Below, piece after piece: positions 10,116 through 17,732 of a DNA stretch of 64,000 bases. The first letter of the stretch is position 1. Every line of letters begins with the position of its first letter. The notes beneath the pieces were generated by a model. It was not told the origin of the DNA, ran no database searches, and worked only from the letters and a program-made list of their open reading frames with translations. Source of the stretch: a virus; the IMG/VR virus record IMGVR_UViG_3300025168_000049, positions 1 through 64,000 of that record. One strand, given 5' to 3'. The translations under genes were made by a program, and so were the position numbers.

Positions 10116-10147
10116 CAAATATACAAATATTTTTAATAACCACCAAA
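10116..10147 (-). promoter_or_regulatory. Bacteroidota sigma-A type promoter upstream of polA
   Basis: Minus strand TTTG-N20-TATATTTG matches the -33/-7 (TAnnTTTG) consensus. Confidence 0.7.
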
Positions 10148-10162
10148 TAATATAATAATAAA

Positions 10163-10197
10163 TAATATAGGGGGATGGTCTATGTCCCCCTATATTA
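10163..10197 (-). terminator. Intrinsic terminator hairpin
   Basis: 13-bp perfect inverted repeat TAATATAGGGGGA/TCCCCCTATATTA, T-rich downstream on minus strand. Confidence 0.7.
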
Positions 10198-10226
10198 AAA
10201 CAAAGTGTAAACTATAAAAAATTACT

Positions 10227-10829
10227 TTATAGAATCATATTAGTCTCTCCTACAGCATCTAATTTAGATGTAGTAACAGAGGCTTTTCCTTCAGCTTCTA
10301 TTGTTATAGAATCTGGTTGTAAAAATGTGTGTAGTTCTTTTGTTTCTTCATTTGTCATAACTACATCAGTATTAGAGAATATGTATTTACCTTCATGAGT
10401 AATATAATCTCCATCTTTACCCTTTCTTTTAGCTGCAGTTTCTATATTCTCTTCTTGCCATTCACTAGCAGTAGTAGTTTCATCTACTACAACTCTGAAT
10501 CTGACGTTGTTATAAGCAGGATTTAAAATGTTTAATTCTAACATTTCTCCTTTCTCTGTAACTTCCCAAGCTGCGTCGCTACCAAGATTAATACCTAAAA
10601 CTTCTGTTGCATCAGCTGGTTCAGCTGTTAACCAAGATCTTCTAGCACTTGAACTGAATCGTTCATCTGATTTGTTCAGTAATGTTAATGCGTTCATTGG
10701 TTTTGCATTGATTTGAATAATTTCTGCGAACTCTAAATGAAGTTTACCTCCATTCACTTGTCTTGCGTTTACTAGGAGAGTATCTCCTGCTTTTAGATCT
10801 TCTAAAGATCCACTGTTAATTGTGTTCAT
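10227..10829 (-). CDS. Hypothetical protein (200 aa)
   Basis: Intact ORF followed by terminator. Confidence 0.7.
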   Translation of the reverse strand: MNTINSGSLEDLKAGDTLLVNARQVNGGKLHLEFAEIIQINAKPMNALTLLNKSDERFSSSARRSWLTAEPADATEVLGINLGSDAAWEVTEKGEMLELNILNPAYNNVRFRVVVDETTTASEWQEENIETAAKRKGKDGDYITHEGKYIFSNTDVVMTNEETKELHTFLQPDSITIEAEGKASVTTSKLDAVGETNMIL

Positions 10830-10875
10830 GATTTACATGTTTTGTGTAACCTGATTTCTTTATCAAGGTTACGGG

Positions 10876-11094
10876 TTAATTAAATGTTTTGATTTTACTG
10901 GTTTCTAGTGCAGGTTGTTTGAAGTCGATATCAACTTTCCTGTCAATTATGTGAATTATCATTTCTAATAATTCTCTTTTTGCTTTTTTAGATGTGTAGT
11001 ACTCTGACATACAAACTACTCTTAATTTTAGTAGTTCAGACAGATTTCTAGGCTTATTAATATCTACACAGATGCCTTTTAGTTTGATTTTCAT
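10876..11094 (-). CDS. Hypothetical protein
   Basis: ORF track, co-directional with neighbours. Confidence 0.5.
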   Translation of the reverse strand: MKIKLKGICVDINKPRNLSELLKLRVVCMSEYYTSKKAKRELLEMIIHIIDRKVDIDFKQPALETSKIKTFN

Positions 11095-11156
11095 GTTCTT
11101 ACGTGTTATTTAATTATACGGTTTATAAATGTTTGGGTGTCGTGATACTTGTCTAA

Positions 11157-11330
11157 TTAAATAGAACTTACAGTAGTACCAAGTACTATTAATACTACTG
11201 TAAGTATAATTGATAATAAAACTACTGCAATTCGTAGTAGTTTAATTTCTTTTAAATATATGGAGGTTAACCATTTATAATATTTAAGTTGTTTGAGGTT
11301 ATTTGATGAGAGTTCTAATATTGTTTTCAT
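11157..11330 (-). CDS. Small membrane protein
   Basis: Likely start MKTILE at 11330 (4-nt overlap with upstream small ORF); C-terminal hydrophobic helix. Confidence 0.5.
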   Translation of the reverse strand: MKTILELSSNNLKQLKYYKWLTSIYLKEIKLLRIAVVLLSIILTVVLIVLGTTVSSI

Positions 11331-11467
11331 GTCTTTTGAATTGTTATAAAAAATACGGTTAATATTAGTGTAAACCCTTTGTCCCATGCAAATCCTAATG
11401 CACATACTTTTGTTTCATACCCAAGAGTTAGGATATATTTCTCTTTAAAATACCAAGTCTTGTTCAT
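11327..11467 (-). CDS. Small hypothetical protein (46 aa, not in ORF track)
   Basis: MNKTWYFKEKYILTLGYETKVCALGFAWDKGFTLILTVFFITIQKT; 4-nt start/stop overlaps on both sides. Confidence 0.5.
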   Translation of the reverse strand: MNKTWYFKEKYILTLGYETKVCALGFAWDKGFTLILTVFFITIQKT

Positions 11468-12135
11468 CGTTTCCAATTTGGATTTACGCTTACTGATTCT
11501 TTACCAACAAGAGCTGGTATAAGTTCATAACTTTTTGGATCAGCAGAGAAAGTATTTAATTTAGTTCTTAGATCTACAGGATTTGATTCATCATTTAATC
11601 CACGAATCCATTCTCTAGGACTACAAGTAGCATTTTTAGTTGTTAATCTACCTTTACTTGTAATTACAATATTTTGTTTATCTGGTCCTAAATATGCATT
11701 GTATGAATCATGATCATATTCTTTTTGTAGATTGTCTTTAATATAATCTTGAGAATCCATTGTTTCTACTCCGTGTTCATCAGTTGTAGTAAACACTTTG
11801 GGATCATACCAACAACTCTGTGTAACTGGTTCTCTGTAAGTATAAGATATTTGACTGTCTTCGTATTCTAATGCTTCATATCCTAAGAAGAAACATTCTC
11901 TATTTCTTAGGTAAGATAGTCTATTAAACTTTGGTTCTTTGTATAATCCTAGTATTACTTGTAATGCTACTGGAGGATTAGGTGTTGCGTGTACTACTTT
12001 GAAGACTCCATCAATTTGAGCTTTGTCAAACCCTTTGAATTGTAGTAGTTCTTTCATTAGTGCTCCTGTATTACTCTGATTTAGAGCTTCTAAAAGCACT
12101 TCTTTTGAATTTTTTTTGATGTTTCTTGGATACAT
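11464..12135 (-). CDS. Hypothetical early protein (223 aa)
   Basis: Intact ORF with AAATT-ATG start context. Confidence 0.7.
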   Translation of the reverse strand: MYPRNIKKNSKEVLLEALNQSNTGALMKELLQFKGFDKAQIDGVFKVVHATPNPPVALQVILGLYKEPKFNRLSYLRNRECFFLGYEALEYEDSQISYTYREPVTQSCWYDPKVFTTTDEHGVETMDSQDYIKDNLQKEYDHDSYNAYLGPDKQNIVITSKGRLTTKNATCSPREWIRGLNDESNPVDLRTKLNTFSADPKSYELIPALVGKESVSVNPNWKR

Positions 12136-12181
12136 AATTTAATGATTTTAATGGTTAATTGATTTTAGTTTATAATAAATA

Positions 12182-12867
12182 AAATGGGCTGAGATTACAC
12201 CATTTAATACACATCTTTCGTTGTTTAATTCCCACCCCAAGGCAGGTTAACAACTTATCCACTATTGTCTCCAATAGTATTGTGCAATGACGATTAGTAT
12301 AGCTAATCACTCTTAACGTTATAAATTACTCACAAGATACTTAGACGAGGTGATAGGTTCTAGGGCCCATACCTGCTTTTCTCTTGAAATACATATCAAC
12401 TTGAGGTATCAATGCACCTGAATTCTCTTATTTGAGTCCAGACTTAGTCATCTTTCATTCATAACGGAACAACACTTGTTCTTTTTTAGTTGTTATTATT
12501 ATTGGCGCAAGTAGTGGTTATTCTATAGTTTCGTCGCCTTTTGAGAGACAAAATACTATACTACTCACATATAACTTTTCATCGTTATGGTATTTCAGGT
12601 TATATCTATTCTCTAGATTGCCCATCATACTGATTCATACTCTTCATTAACTCGACAGTTAATTCAGAACTAAATCTACAGTTGTTTCCTATTGCTATCA
12701 CTAGCTCATCTCTCCCACTAAAATAGAAGAAATACACATACCCTCAGTCAGTTGACCCTTGGTGCTGTGTAGTATCCTGCTTGCTTAAATTGACCGTAAT
12801 TGGCAACATAGATTCCAACACTATGTCTTTAGGTATATTACTATACTTATCGGGTTAAGCCCCATTT
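12182..12867 (-). ncRNA. Candidate large structured ncRNA (~690 nt; GOLLD/ROOL size class)
   Basis: ORF-free gap; complementary ends AAAUGGGGCU/AGCCCAUUU; GNRA-capped hairpins on minus strand (GUAA, GUGA, GAGA) and many further stems. Confidence 0.7.
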
Positions 12868-12877
12868 CTTTAAAACA

Positions 12878-13093
12878 CTATTTCTTTAGCATTTTACTCA
12901 TTTTATATCCACCTTCCATATATAATTCTACTTTATCAATACAATCATATATTTGAATGTTATTATTTTTGATCATCCAGAATCTTGCTGCTTTTAAACA
13001 ATCAGCTCTGTATTTCCATCTATCTGCTCTAGGCAGTTTATTTAACTCTTTTTGAGTTAATACTTGAATGTTTGGTAATTTATAATTTGCCAT
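12878..13093 (-). CDS. Hypothetical early protein
   Basis: ORF track; tightly packed small-gene cluster. Confidence 0.6.
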   Translation of the reverse strand: MANYKLPNIQVLTQKELNKLPRADRWKYRADCLKAARFWMIKNNNIQIYDCIDKVELYMEGGYKMSKMLKK

Positions 13094-13095
13094 GA

Positions 13096-13329
13096 TTAAT
13101 ATATTTTTGGTTGTTTATATCTATGTACTTTTATATACTGTTCGTGTAAATCATTACAATTATGGTTCTTATTGTAATTCCATTGAGTTATTAATGCTTT
13201 ACTTTCTTCTACTCTACCACTATATTTAAAGTAATTATCAAATTCAATGTGATTACGTTTATATCTTTCATACCATTCTTGTTCCTCTTTCATTTCTCTT
13301 ACGAAATGCTTCACTAGTTCTTTATTCAT
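13096..13329 (-). CDS. Hypothetical early protein
   Basis: ORF track; 4-nt overlap with upstream gene. Confidence 0.6.
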   Translation of the reverse strand: MNKELVKHFVREMKEEQEWYERYKRNHIEFDNYFKYSGRVEESKALITQWNYNKNHNCNDLHEQYIKVHRYKQPKIY

Positions 13330-13607
13330 AATACAGTATTAACTTTTAATGCTACAACTACTTTGATTAAGTCTTGTATTAACTCATCATGTTTAGCTTT
13401 ATTTATAGTTGTTTTATTACTGTGTTTATATGCAGACTGTAAGTAGTCTAGTGTGCGTTTAAGAGTTTGTAAGTGAAGATGATTATAGTCTGGTCCTGAT
13501 TTGAATTTCTCTTTACTTAGTTTATATTCTAATTCTTCAACTCTGTTCTTTAGTTCATAGATAGTATCATTATTATCTTGTAACATTCCTGCTATTTCTA
13601 AATTCAT
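13326..13607 (-). CDS. Hypothetical coiled-coil early protein
   Basis: ORF track; 4-nt overlap with upstream gene. Confidence 0.6.
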   Translation of the reverse strand: MNLEIAGMLQDNNDTIYELKNRVEELEYKLSKEKFKSGPDYNHLHLQTLKRTLDYLQSAYKHSNKTTINKAKHDELIQDLIKVVVALKVNTVL

Positions 13608-13810
13608 TTGATTTGTTTTTTATAGTATTCTATTATTAAACTATCTCTTGTATAACTATACTCTAGATATGCTTTATCTAATTCATAGTCTATTTGTGTC
13701 TGATGTGGTGTTAATTTAGGTGAACATGATGTAATAATTGATACTATTATTAGTATTAATATAAATATAATTATACGCATCCAATTCACATCACTTAGTT
13801 TATTCTTCAT
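13604..13810 (-). CDS. Putative small lipoprotein
   Basis: Start MKNKL, hydrophobic stretch, lipobox-like ITS-C. Confidence 0.55.
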   Translation of the reverse strand: MKNKLSDVNWMRIIIFILILIIVSIITSCSPKLTPHQTQIDYELDKAYLEYSYTRDSLIIEYYKKQIK

Positions 13811-13829
13811 CTTATTATGTTTTAGATTA

Positions 13830-13904
13830 AACAATATATACTCCACCGTCTACGTTAGCATAAAGCATATTAATAGATCATTTGTCAATGGAGTATATAT
13901 TGTT
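13830..13904. repeat. 16-bp perfect inverted repeat with 43-nt spacer
   Basis: AACAATATATACTCCA (13830-13845) / TGGAGTATATATTGTT (13889-13904). Confidence 0.9.
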
Positions 13905-13908
13905 GTAA

Positions 13909-14178
13909 TTATGACCCTATTGGTCTTCCTCTTGTTTGTCCAGTAGCATATGTATCTTTAGAGAACATTCTATCGTTATTTTTTAGATTGTATTGATAGA
14001 TAGTAACACTCATCTCATTAATAACATCAAAGTGAGTGTTTCTAAATTCTATTTCATCATCAGTCCAGAAGTTTCTATATTGTTTATCATCACTGCCAGG
14101 ATGTGCATCCCAGTTTAATGATTTAGTTATACAATGTAACAGTTTGTCGATAAGACATAAGTCTTTGAATTCATCCAT
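13909..14178 (-). CDS. Hypothetical early protein
   Basis: ORF track; AAATT-ATG start context. Confidence 0.6.
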   Translation of the reverse strand: MDEFKDLCLIDKLLHCITKSLNWDAHPGSDDKQYRNFWTDDEIEFRNTHFDVINEMSVTIYQYNLKNNDRMFSKDTYATGQTRGRPIGS

Positions 14179-14360
14179 AATTTAAATGTGTTTTAATGTG
14201 TCAATTAAGTGTAAGTGTTATATTAATGTAATGTCTGAGAACTGAGCAGTCGTAATACTTGCCTCAAATATGACCCTGAGTGTAGGACAGCACGCTCACA
14301 AGAACAGTGCTAATCCTACCTCTCTAAGGTTAGGTCAAACCTTTTAGTTATGTTTATATT

Positions 14361-14386
14361 AAAAAAAAGGGTTTTATAACCCTTTT
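14361..14386 (-). terminator. Intrinsic terminator overlapping the stop codon of the first leftward gene
   Basis: AAAAGGGTT-TTAT-AACCCTTTT hairpin with T-tract on minus strand. Confidence 0.55.
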
Positions 14387-14631
14387 ATTAGTGTAAGATA
14401 AGAAGCTAACTTCTTCTTTACACGTTTGAGAACAGTAAGATCCTCTTCTTTCTCAAAGAATCCGTCATCGTTGACGGTAAAGACGTCATTCAATTGGAAT
14501 GATGTATCAGTAGACACACTCTGTGTCTTGTTCATTTTGCTATCACGACCAGTGATAGAGATGCAGTCACGTCCAGATTTCTTGGACTTGAATGTGTTAC
14601 TAACCTTAGTAACCAAGAAGTAATTTTCCAT
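14374..14631 (-). CDS. Hypothetical protein, first gene of the leftward arm
   Basis: ORF track. Confidence 0.6.
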   Translation of the reverse strand: MENYFLVTKVSNTFKSKKSGRDCISITGRDSKMNKTQSVSTDTSFQLNDVFTVNDDGFFEKEEDLTVLKRVKKKLASYLTLIKGL

Positions 14632-14776
14632 AGGATAAATTGATTTAAGTTAAACTTTGTTTAATATTATGTGGGGGTACACCCATACGTAAAGGATAAG
14701 GGGGGTGTTGTTTTGAGGACCTTCACACGTTCACAAACCCTCCCAAAAATTATTTTTTTAGTTTTTATTTTTTTTA

Positions 14777-14798
14777 TTGGAAAGTTTTTGTATTTTTG
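14777..14798 (+). promoter_or_regulatory. Bacteroidota-type -7 element upstream of candidate ncRNA
   Basis: TATTTTTG at 14791-14798; nearest TTG only 11 nt upstream, so -33 is atypical. Confidence 0.5.
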
Positions 14799-14802
14799 CA
14801 CC

Positions 14803-15038
14803 GCAACATTATTCATCCCTTGGTAACCAAAAATGGGAAAAGACATCGGATTGTAGTCTTAAATAGAGATAGAGTTTTCTCCGGTAGTTGCAAAAGAACA
14901 AGCGTATAAGTTCTAGTTGGGATACATTTCACATAGGTAGGTGAGGTGAATTAACACTAATTATAGTATCCCTGGGTCCCCTTAAAAGGAGCACTGCTAG
15001 ATCGAAATCCAAGTTTGAAAAAGAAATCCTAGGGGGAG
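14803..15038 (+). ncRNA. Candidate ~235-nt structured RNA
   Basis: GCAAC/GUUGC closing a multi-way junction; GGGAUAC/GUAUCCC; AUUUCAC/GUGAGGU with G-U pairs favouring plus strand; starts just after a TAnnTTTG element. Confidence 0.55.
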
Positions 15039-15081
15039 AGTTATATCCTTTTTAGGATGTTTAAAAGTTTCTTATTATTTA

Positions 15082-15114
15082 TTTGTTTATATAAAATATA
15101 TTTTTATATCTTTG
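15082..15114 (+). promoter_or_regulatory. Bacteroidota sigma-A type promoter of the rightward operon
   Basis: TTTG-N21-TATCTTTG. Confidence 0.75.
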
Positions 15115-15138
15115 CACAAACAAATAAATATAGAAAAT

Positions 15139-15411
15139 ATGAATTTCACACCAAATGGAGTTTGGGTAATCCTCCCAGATCCAACAATCACAGAGACAGA
15201 ATCAGGAATCATTTTAGATGAAACCACTGCTTTAGAAAACTCTAAGAAGTCTAATATATTAGAAGTATTAGCTGCAGGGCCTCAATGTATCTTCGTTAAA
15301 AAAGGAGATACTGTTATGATAGATCCCCGCACAGAAGCGGTTAGAGCTACTATAGAAGGAAAAGAATACTTAATGGTAGGAGAACATCAAGTATTAGGTA
15401 TACTACAATGA
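15139..15411 (+). CDS. groES: Co-chaperonin GroES (Cpn10)
   Basis: P.G..V, TESGIIL mobile loop, V.AAGP, VKKGD.V, EGKEYL.V.E..VLG; ATG at 15139 (track start lies in the promoter). Confidence 0.85.
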   Translation: MNFTPNGVWVILPDPTITETESGIILDETTALENSKKSNILEVLAAGPQCIFVKKGDTVMIDPRTEAVRATIEGKEYLMVGEHQVLGILQ

Positions 15412-15665
15412 AAAATTTAAAGGGGCAAGTAACAATATCTATAGAAGACTTTCAAGCACTATTAGACACAGCTGGAGTAAATATAGAGTTACGAGATAAT
15501 TTAAAGGCATCCGCTAGAGAATTAGAAGTATTCCTGTCTTTTGTATGTGGTAGAGTAGATATGGATAAACACATAGACGAATTTAACAAACAAGCAAATC
15601 ATTCTACTATTAGTATAACTAACGGTAGAGCAAAAATCAATATTAAAAATGAATATAACAATTAA
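15408..15665 (+). CDS. Hypothetical protein
   Basis: ORF with 4-nt overlap. Confidence 0.65.
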   Translation: MKNLKGQVTISIEDFQALLDTAGVNIELRDNLKASARELEVFLSFVCGRVDMDKHIDEFNKQANHSTISITNGRAKINIKNEYNN

Positions 15666-15972
15666 AGCAGATACAACAATTAAGCGACTTCGTATTTGGA
15701 ATGGTATTTTCAACCTAACAGATAAAGAACTTGAGATTTTAGGTCAGTTAATAGATGTAAGTATTAATAACAAAGGCGGTAATTTATGTTCTGTTGAGAA
15801 CAAAAAAAAGGCTGCAAAAGAATTGAAGATAAGTGACTATAATACTTTGAATAATTATGTAAAGAGATTTAAAGATAAAGGCGTAGTAAGCCTTAAAAAT
15901 AAAAAATATATCCTAAACAAATTATTACATTTAAATGTTACCGATGTCAGAATCAGAATTAAACAAGGTTAG
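15649..15972 (+). CDS. Putative winged-helix DNA-binding protein
   Basis: LTDKELEIL...AAKELKIS..TLNNYVKRFKDKG pattern. Confidence 0.6.
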   Translation: MNITIKADTTIKRLRIWNGIFNLTDKELEILGQLIDVSINNKGGNLCSVENKKKAAKELKISDYNTLNNYVKRFKDKGVVSLKNKKYILNKLLHLNVTDVRIRIKQG

Positions 15973-16084
15973 GCTAGAAGGACTAGTTTTTTCTATATTT
16001 TATATAGAGCCGTACAATATACTAATTATACAAAGTCCAGAAGGAACTTTGTTATCACTTAAAATAGAAGAAGATTATGAGTAA
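15944..16084 (+). CDS. Small hypothetical protein (46 aa, not in ORF track)
   Basis: MSESELNKVRLEGLVFSIFYIEPYNILIIQSPEGTLLSLKIEEDYE fills the gap between two genes. Confidence 0.4.
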   Translation: MSESELNKVRLEGLVFSIFYIEPYNILIIQSPEGTLLSLKIEEDYE

Positions 16085-16352
16085 TGAAAATGAAGAACTT
16101 AATGTTACACCCCCAAGTATGTGGGAGATGGCAAAGAATTTCAGTAAAGAGTTAACAACATACATAGCACAGGGGCAACCTAATGTATCTGAAGAAGATT
16201 ATGAAGATCGTTTAGCTGAATGTAATGCATGTCCTTTACTACTGAAGAGAAAAATGAGATGTGGAAAATGTGGATGTCTTATTGAACATAAAGCAAAATG
16301 GAAAACAACAACTTGTCCAGACAATCCACCAAGATGGAAAGAACAAATATGA
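16077..16352 (+). CDS. Small Cys-rich protein
   Basis: R...CxxC...CxxCGC....K......CP...W pattern. Confidence 0.65.
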   Translation: MSNENEELNVTPPSMWEMAKNFSKELTTYIAQGQPNVSEEDYEDRLAECNACPLLLKRKMRCGKCGCLIEHKAKWKTTTCPDNPPRWKEQI

Positions 16353-16355
16353 TAA

Positions 16356-16703
16356 ATGTCTAAAAAAATTGATACTCCAGATTTTGAAATAGTATGGGTT
16401 AGTTTATCTGAATTAGAACTTGCTCCTATAATAGTTAACGATTGGAAAACTTCAGAGAACGAAGGAAAACCAGTATATGATTTTAAACGTTTAAAAAAGG
16501 ATATTCAAGAAAACGGTATAACAGAGCCTATAACAGCAGTGAGAAGAACAGGTACAAAGCATTGGTCAGAATGGGAACTAGAATTAGAGTTTGTTATTAG
16601 AGAAGGACAGCATAGAATTTATGCTCTAAAAGAATTGTATCCAGATGGGATAGTAAAATTAACACTTGTAGAAAGAGGTACTGATACGTACAACATTGGA
16701 TAA
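16356..16703 (+). CDS. Stand-alone ParB/Sulfiredoxin-like domain protein
   Basis: LKKDIQENGITEPI and IREGQHRIYAL resemble the ParB-N GxxR motif. Confidence 0.65.
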   Translation: MSKKIDTPDFEIVWVSLSELELAPIIVNDWKTSENEGKPVYDFKRLKKDIQENGITEPITAVRRTGTKHWSEWELELEFVIREGQHRIYALKELYPDGIVKLTLVERGTDTYNIG

Positions 16704-16914
16704 AAAATTAATCATATATAAACTAGCTAATAAATATGATTTACCTCTCAGTAAAATAGAGAAAATTGTAAATTATCAATTTAAATATTTGGCTGGTATA
16801 ATAAAAGAAGGTAAATTTGACGCCGTTAGGCTACCATATTTTGGAATCTTTTCTGTTAAACAGGGGAGGTTATCACATATAATAAAAAAAACAAATGAGA
16901 AGAATCCTACGTAA
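16696..16914 (+). CDS. HU/IHF-like DNA-binding protein
   Basis: Helical N-terminus plus VRLPYFGIFSV (HU-type motif). Confidence 0.65.
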   Translation: MDKKLIIYKLANKYDLPLSKIEKIVNYQFKYLAGIIKEGKFDAVRLPYFGIFSVKQGRLSHIIKKTNEKNPT

Positions 16915-17032
16915 ATATAAGTGGCTGCATTATTTTGGTATTCATAATGCGGATTGTATGAGACAAGTATTCACAGAAAAAGATAAATGGCTATGTTTAA
17001 TAACAGGTAAGATCTTTAAATATAAAAAATAA
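16895..17032 (+). CDS. Small hypothetical protein (45 aa, not in ORF track)
   Basis: MRRILRKYKWLHYFGIHNADCMRQVFTEKDKWLCLITGKIFKYKK fills the gap. Confidence 0.45.
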   Translation: MRRILRKYKWLHYFGIHNADCMRQVFTEKDKWLCLITGKIFKYKK

Positions 17033-17035
17033 AAT

Positions 17036-17251
17036 ATGAGTTTAAGAATAGCGTTAAAAAAACAAGGAACAGTAAGGGGTAGAAGATGGATAATTAAAAG
17101 AAATCCTGATAACAGTATTAAAGAGGTTAAGTGCATCTTTAAACCTGAAGAATATGAAAAACAAAGACGAGCTAAACCTATGTTTGGAGATAGAAAATTA
17201 ATAATAGAATTAGAAAAGGAATATGAAAGAGTTACTAGTAATAGCAGATAA
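17036..17251 (+). CDS. Basic hypothetical protein
   Basis: ORF track. Confidence 0.55.
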   Translation: MSLRIALKKQGTVRGRRWIIKRNPDNSIKEVKCIFKPEEYEKQRRAKPMFGDRKLIIELEKEYERVTSNSR

Positions 17252-17732
17252 CAAAGCTGTACCCAGTGCATATGCATTATCTATTGTTGAATTTAAGAAA
17301 TTAAAACCTCAAGAGTTAGCATTCATATACTTTATGATTAATCATAACTCTCCTTTTGCAGTTTATGAATGGGATCAAAGAATAAAAGAAATTAAGATTA
17401 GTCTTTATGGAGATAAAGAGTGGACTCCGTCTTCAAAAGTTTTCAGTGGATGTGATAAGTACGAACAATTACTTGAAACATCAGCAGTAAGATTACTTAA
17501 AGCTGCAAGAGGAGCTATTGTTAAATTGGAAAAATATTTTAGAGATATAGATCTTACTATGATGGATGATAATGGTAAACCTATTTATCATGCAAAAGAT
17601 CTGATTAATAATATTGAAAAGATGGGAAAAGTAGTAGATGGTTTAACTAGGTTAGAAGATATAGTTAGAAAAGAAGAACAAGCCGCAAATACAAACAGAG
17701 GCGGAGTTGAAGTTAATAAATATAATATGTAA
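17223..17732 (+). CDS. Packaging-region protein (possible terminase small subunit)
   Basis: Helical 169-aa protein upstream of terL; function inferred from position only. Confidence 0.4.
   Translation: MKELLVIADNKAVPSAYALSIVEFKKLKPQELAFIYFMINHNSPFAVYEWDQRIKEIKISLYGDKEWTPSSKVFSGCDKYEQLLETSAVRLLKAARGAIVKLEKYFRDIDLTMMDDNGKPIYHAKDLINNIEKMGKVVDGLTRLEDIVRKEEQAANTNRGGVEVNKYNM

Noticed and set aside
12182-12867. tmRNA, RNase P RNA or group I/II intron as identity of the large RNA
   Set aside because: GGGGCU start resembles tmRNA but there is no T-arm/CCA end and it is too long; no RNase P GAGGAAAGUCC; it does not interrupt a gene and no intron core was recognised (by eye only)
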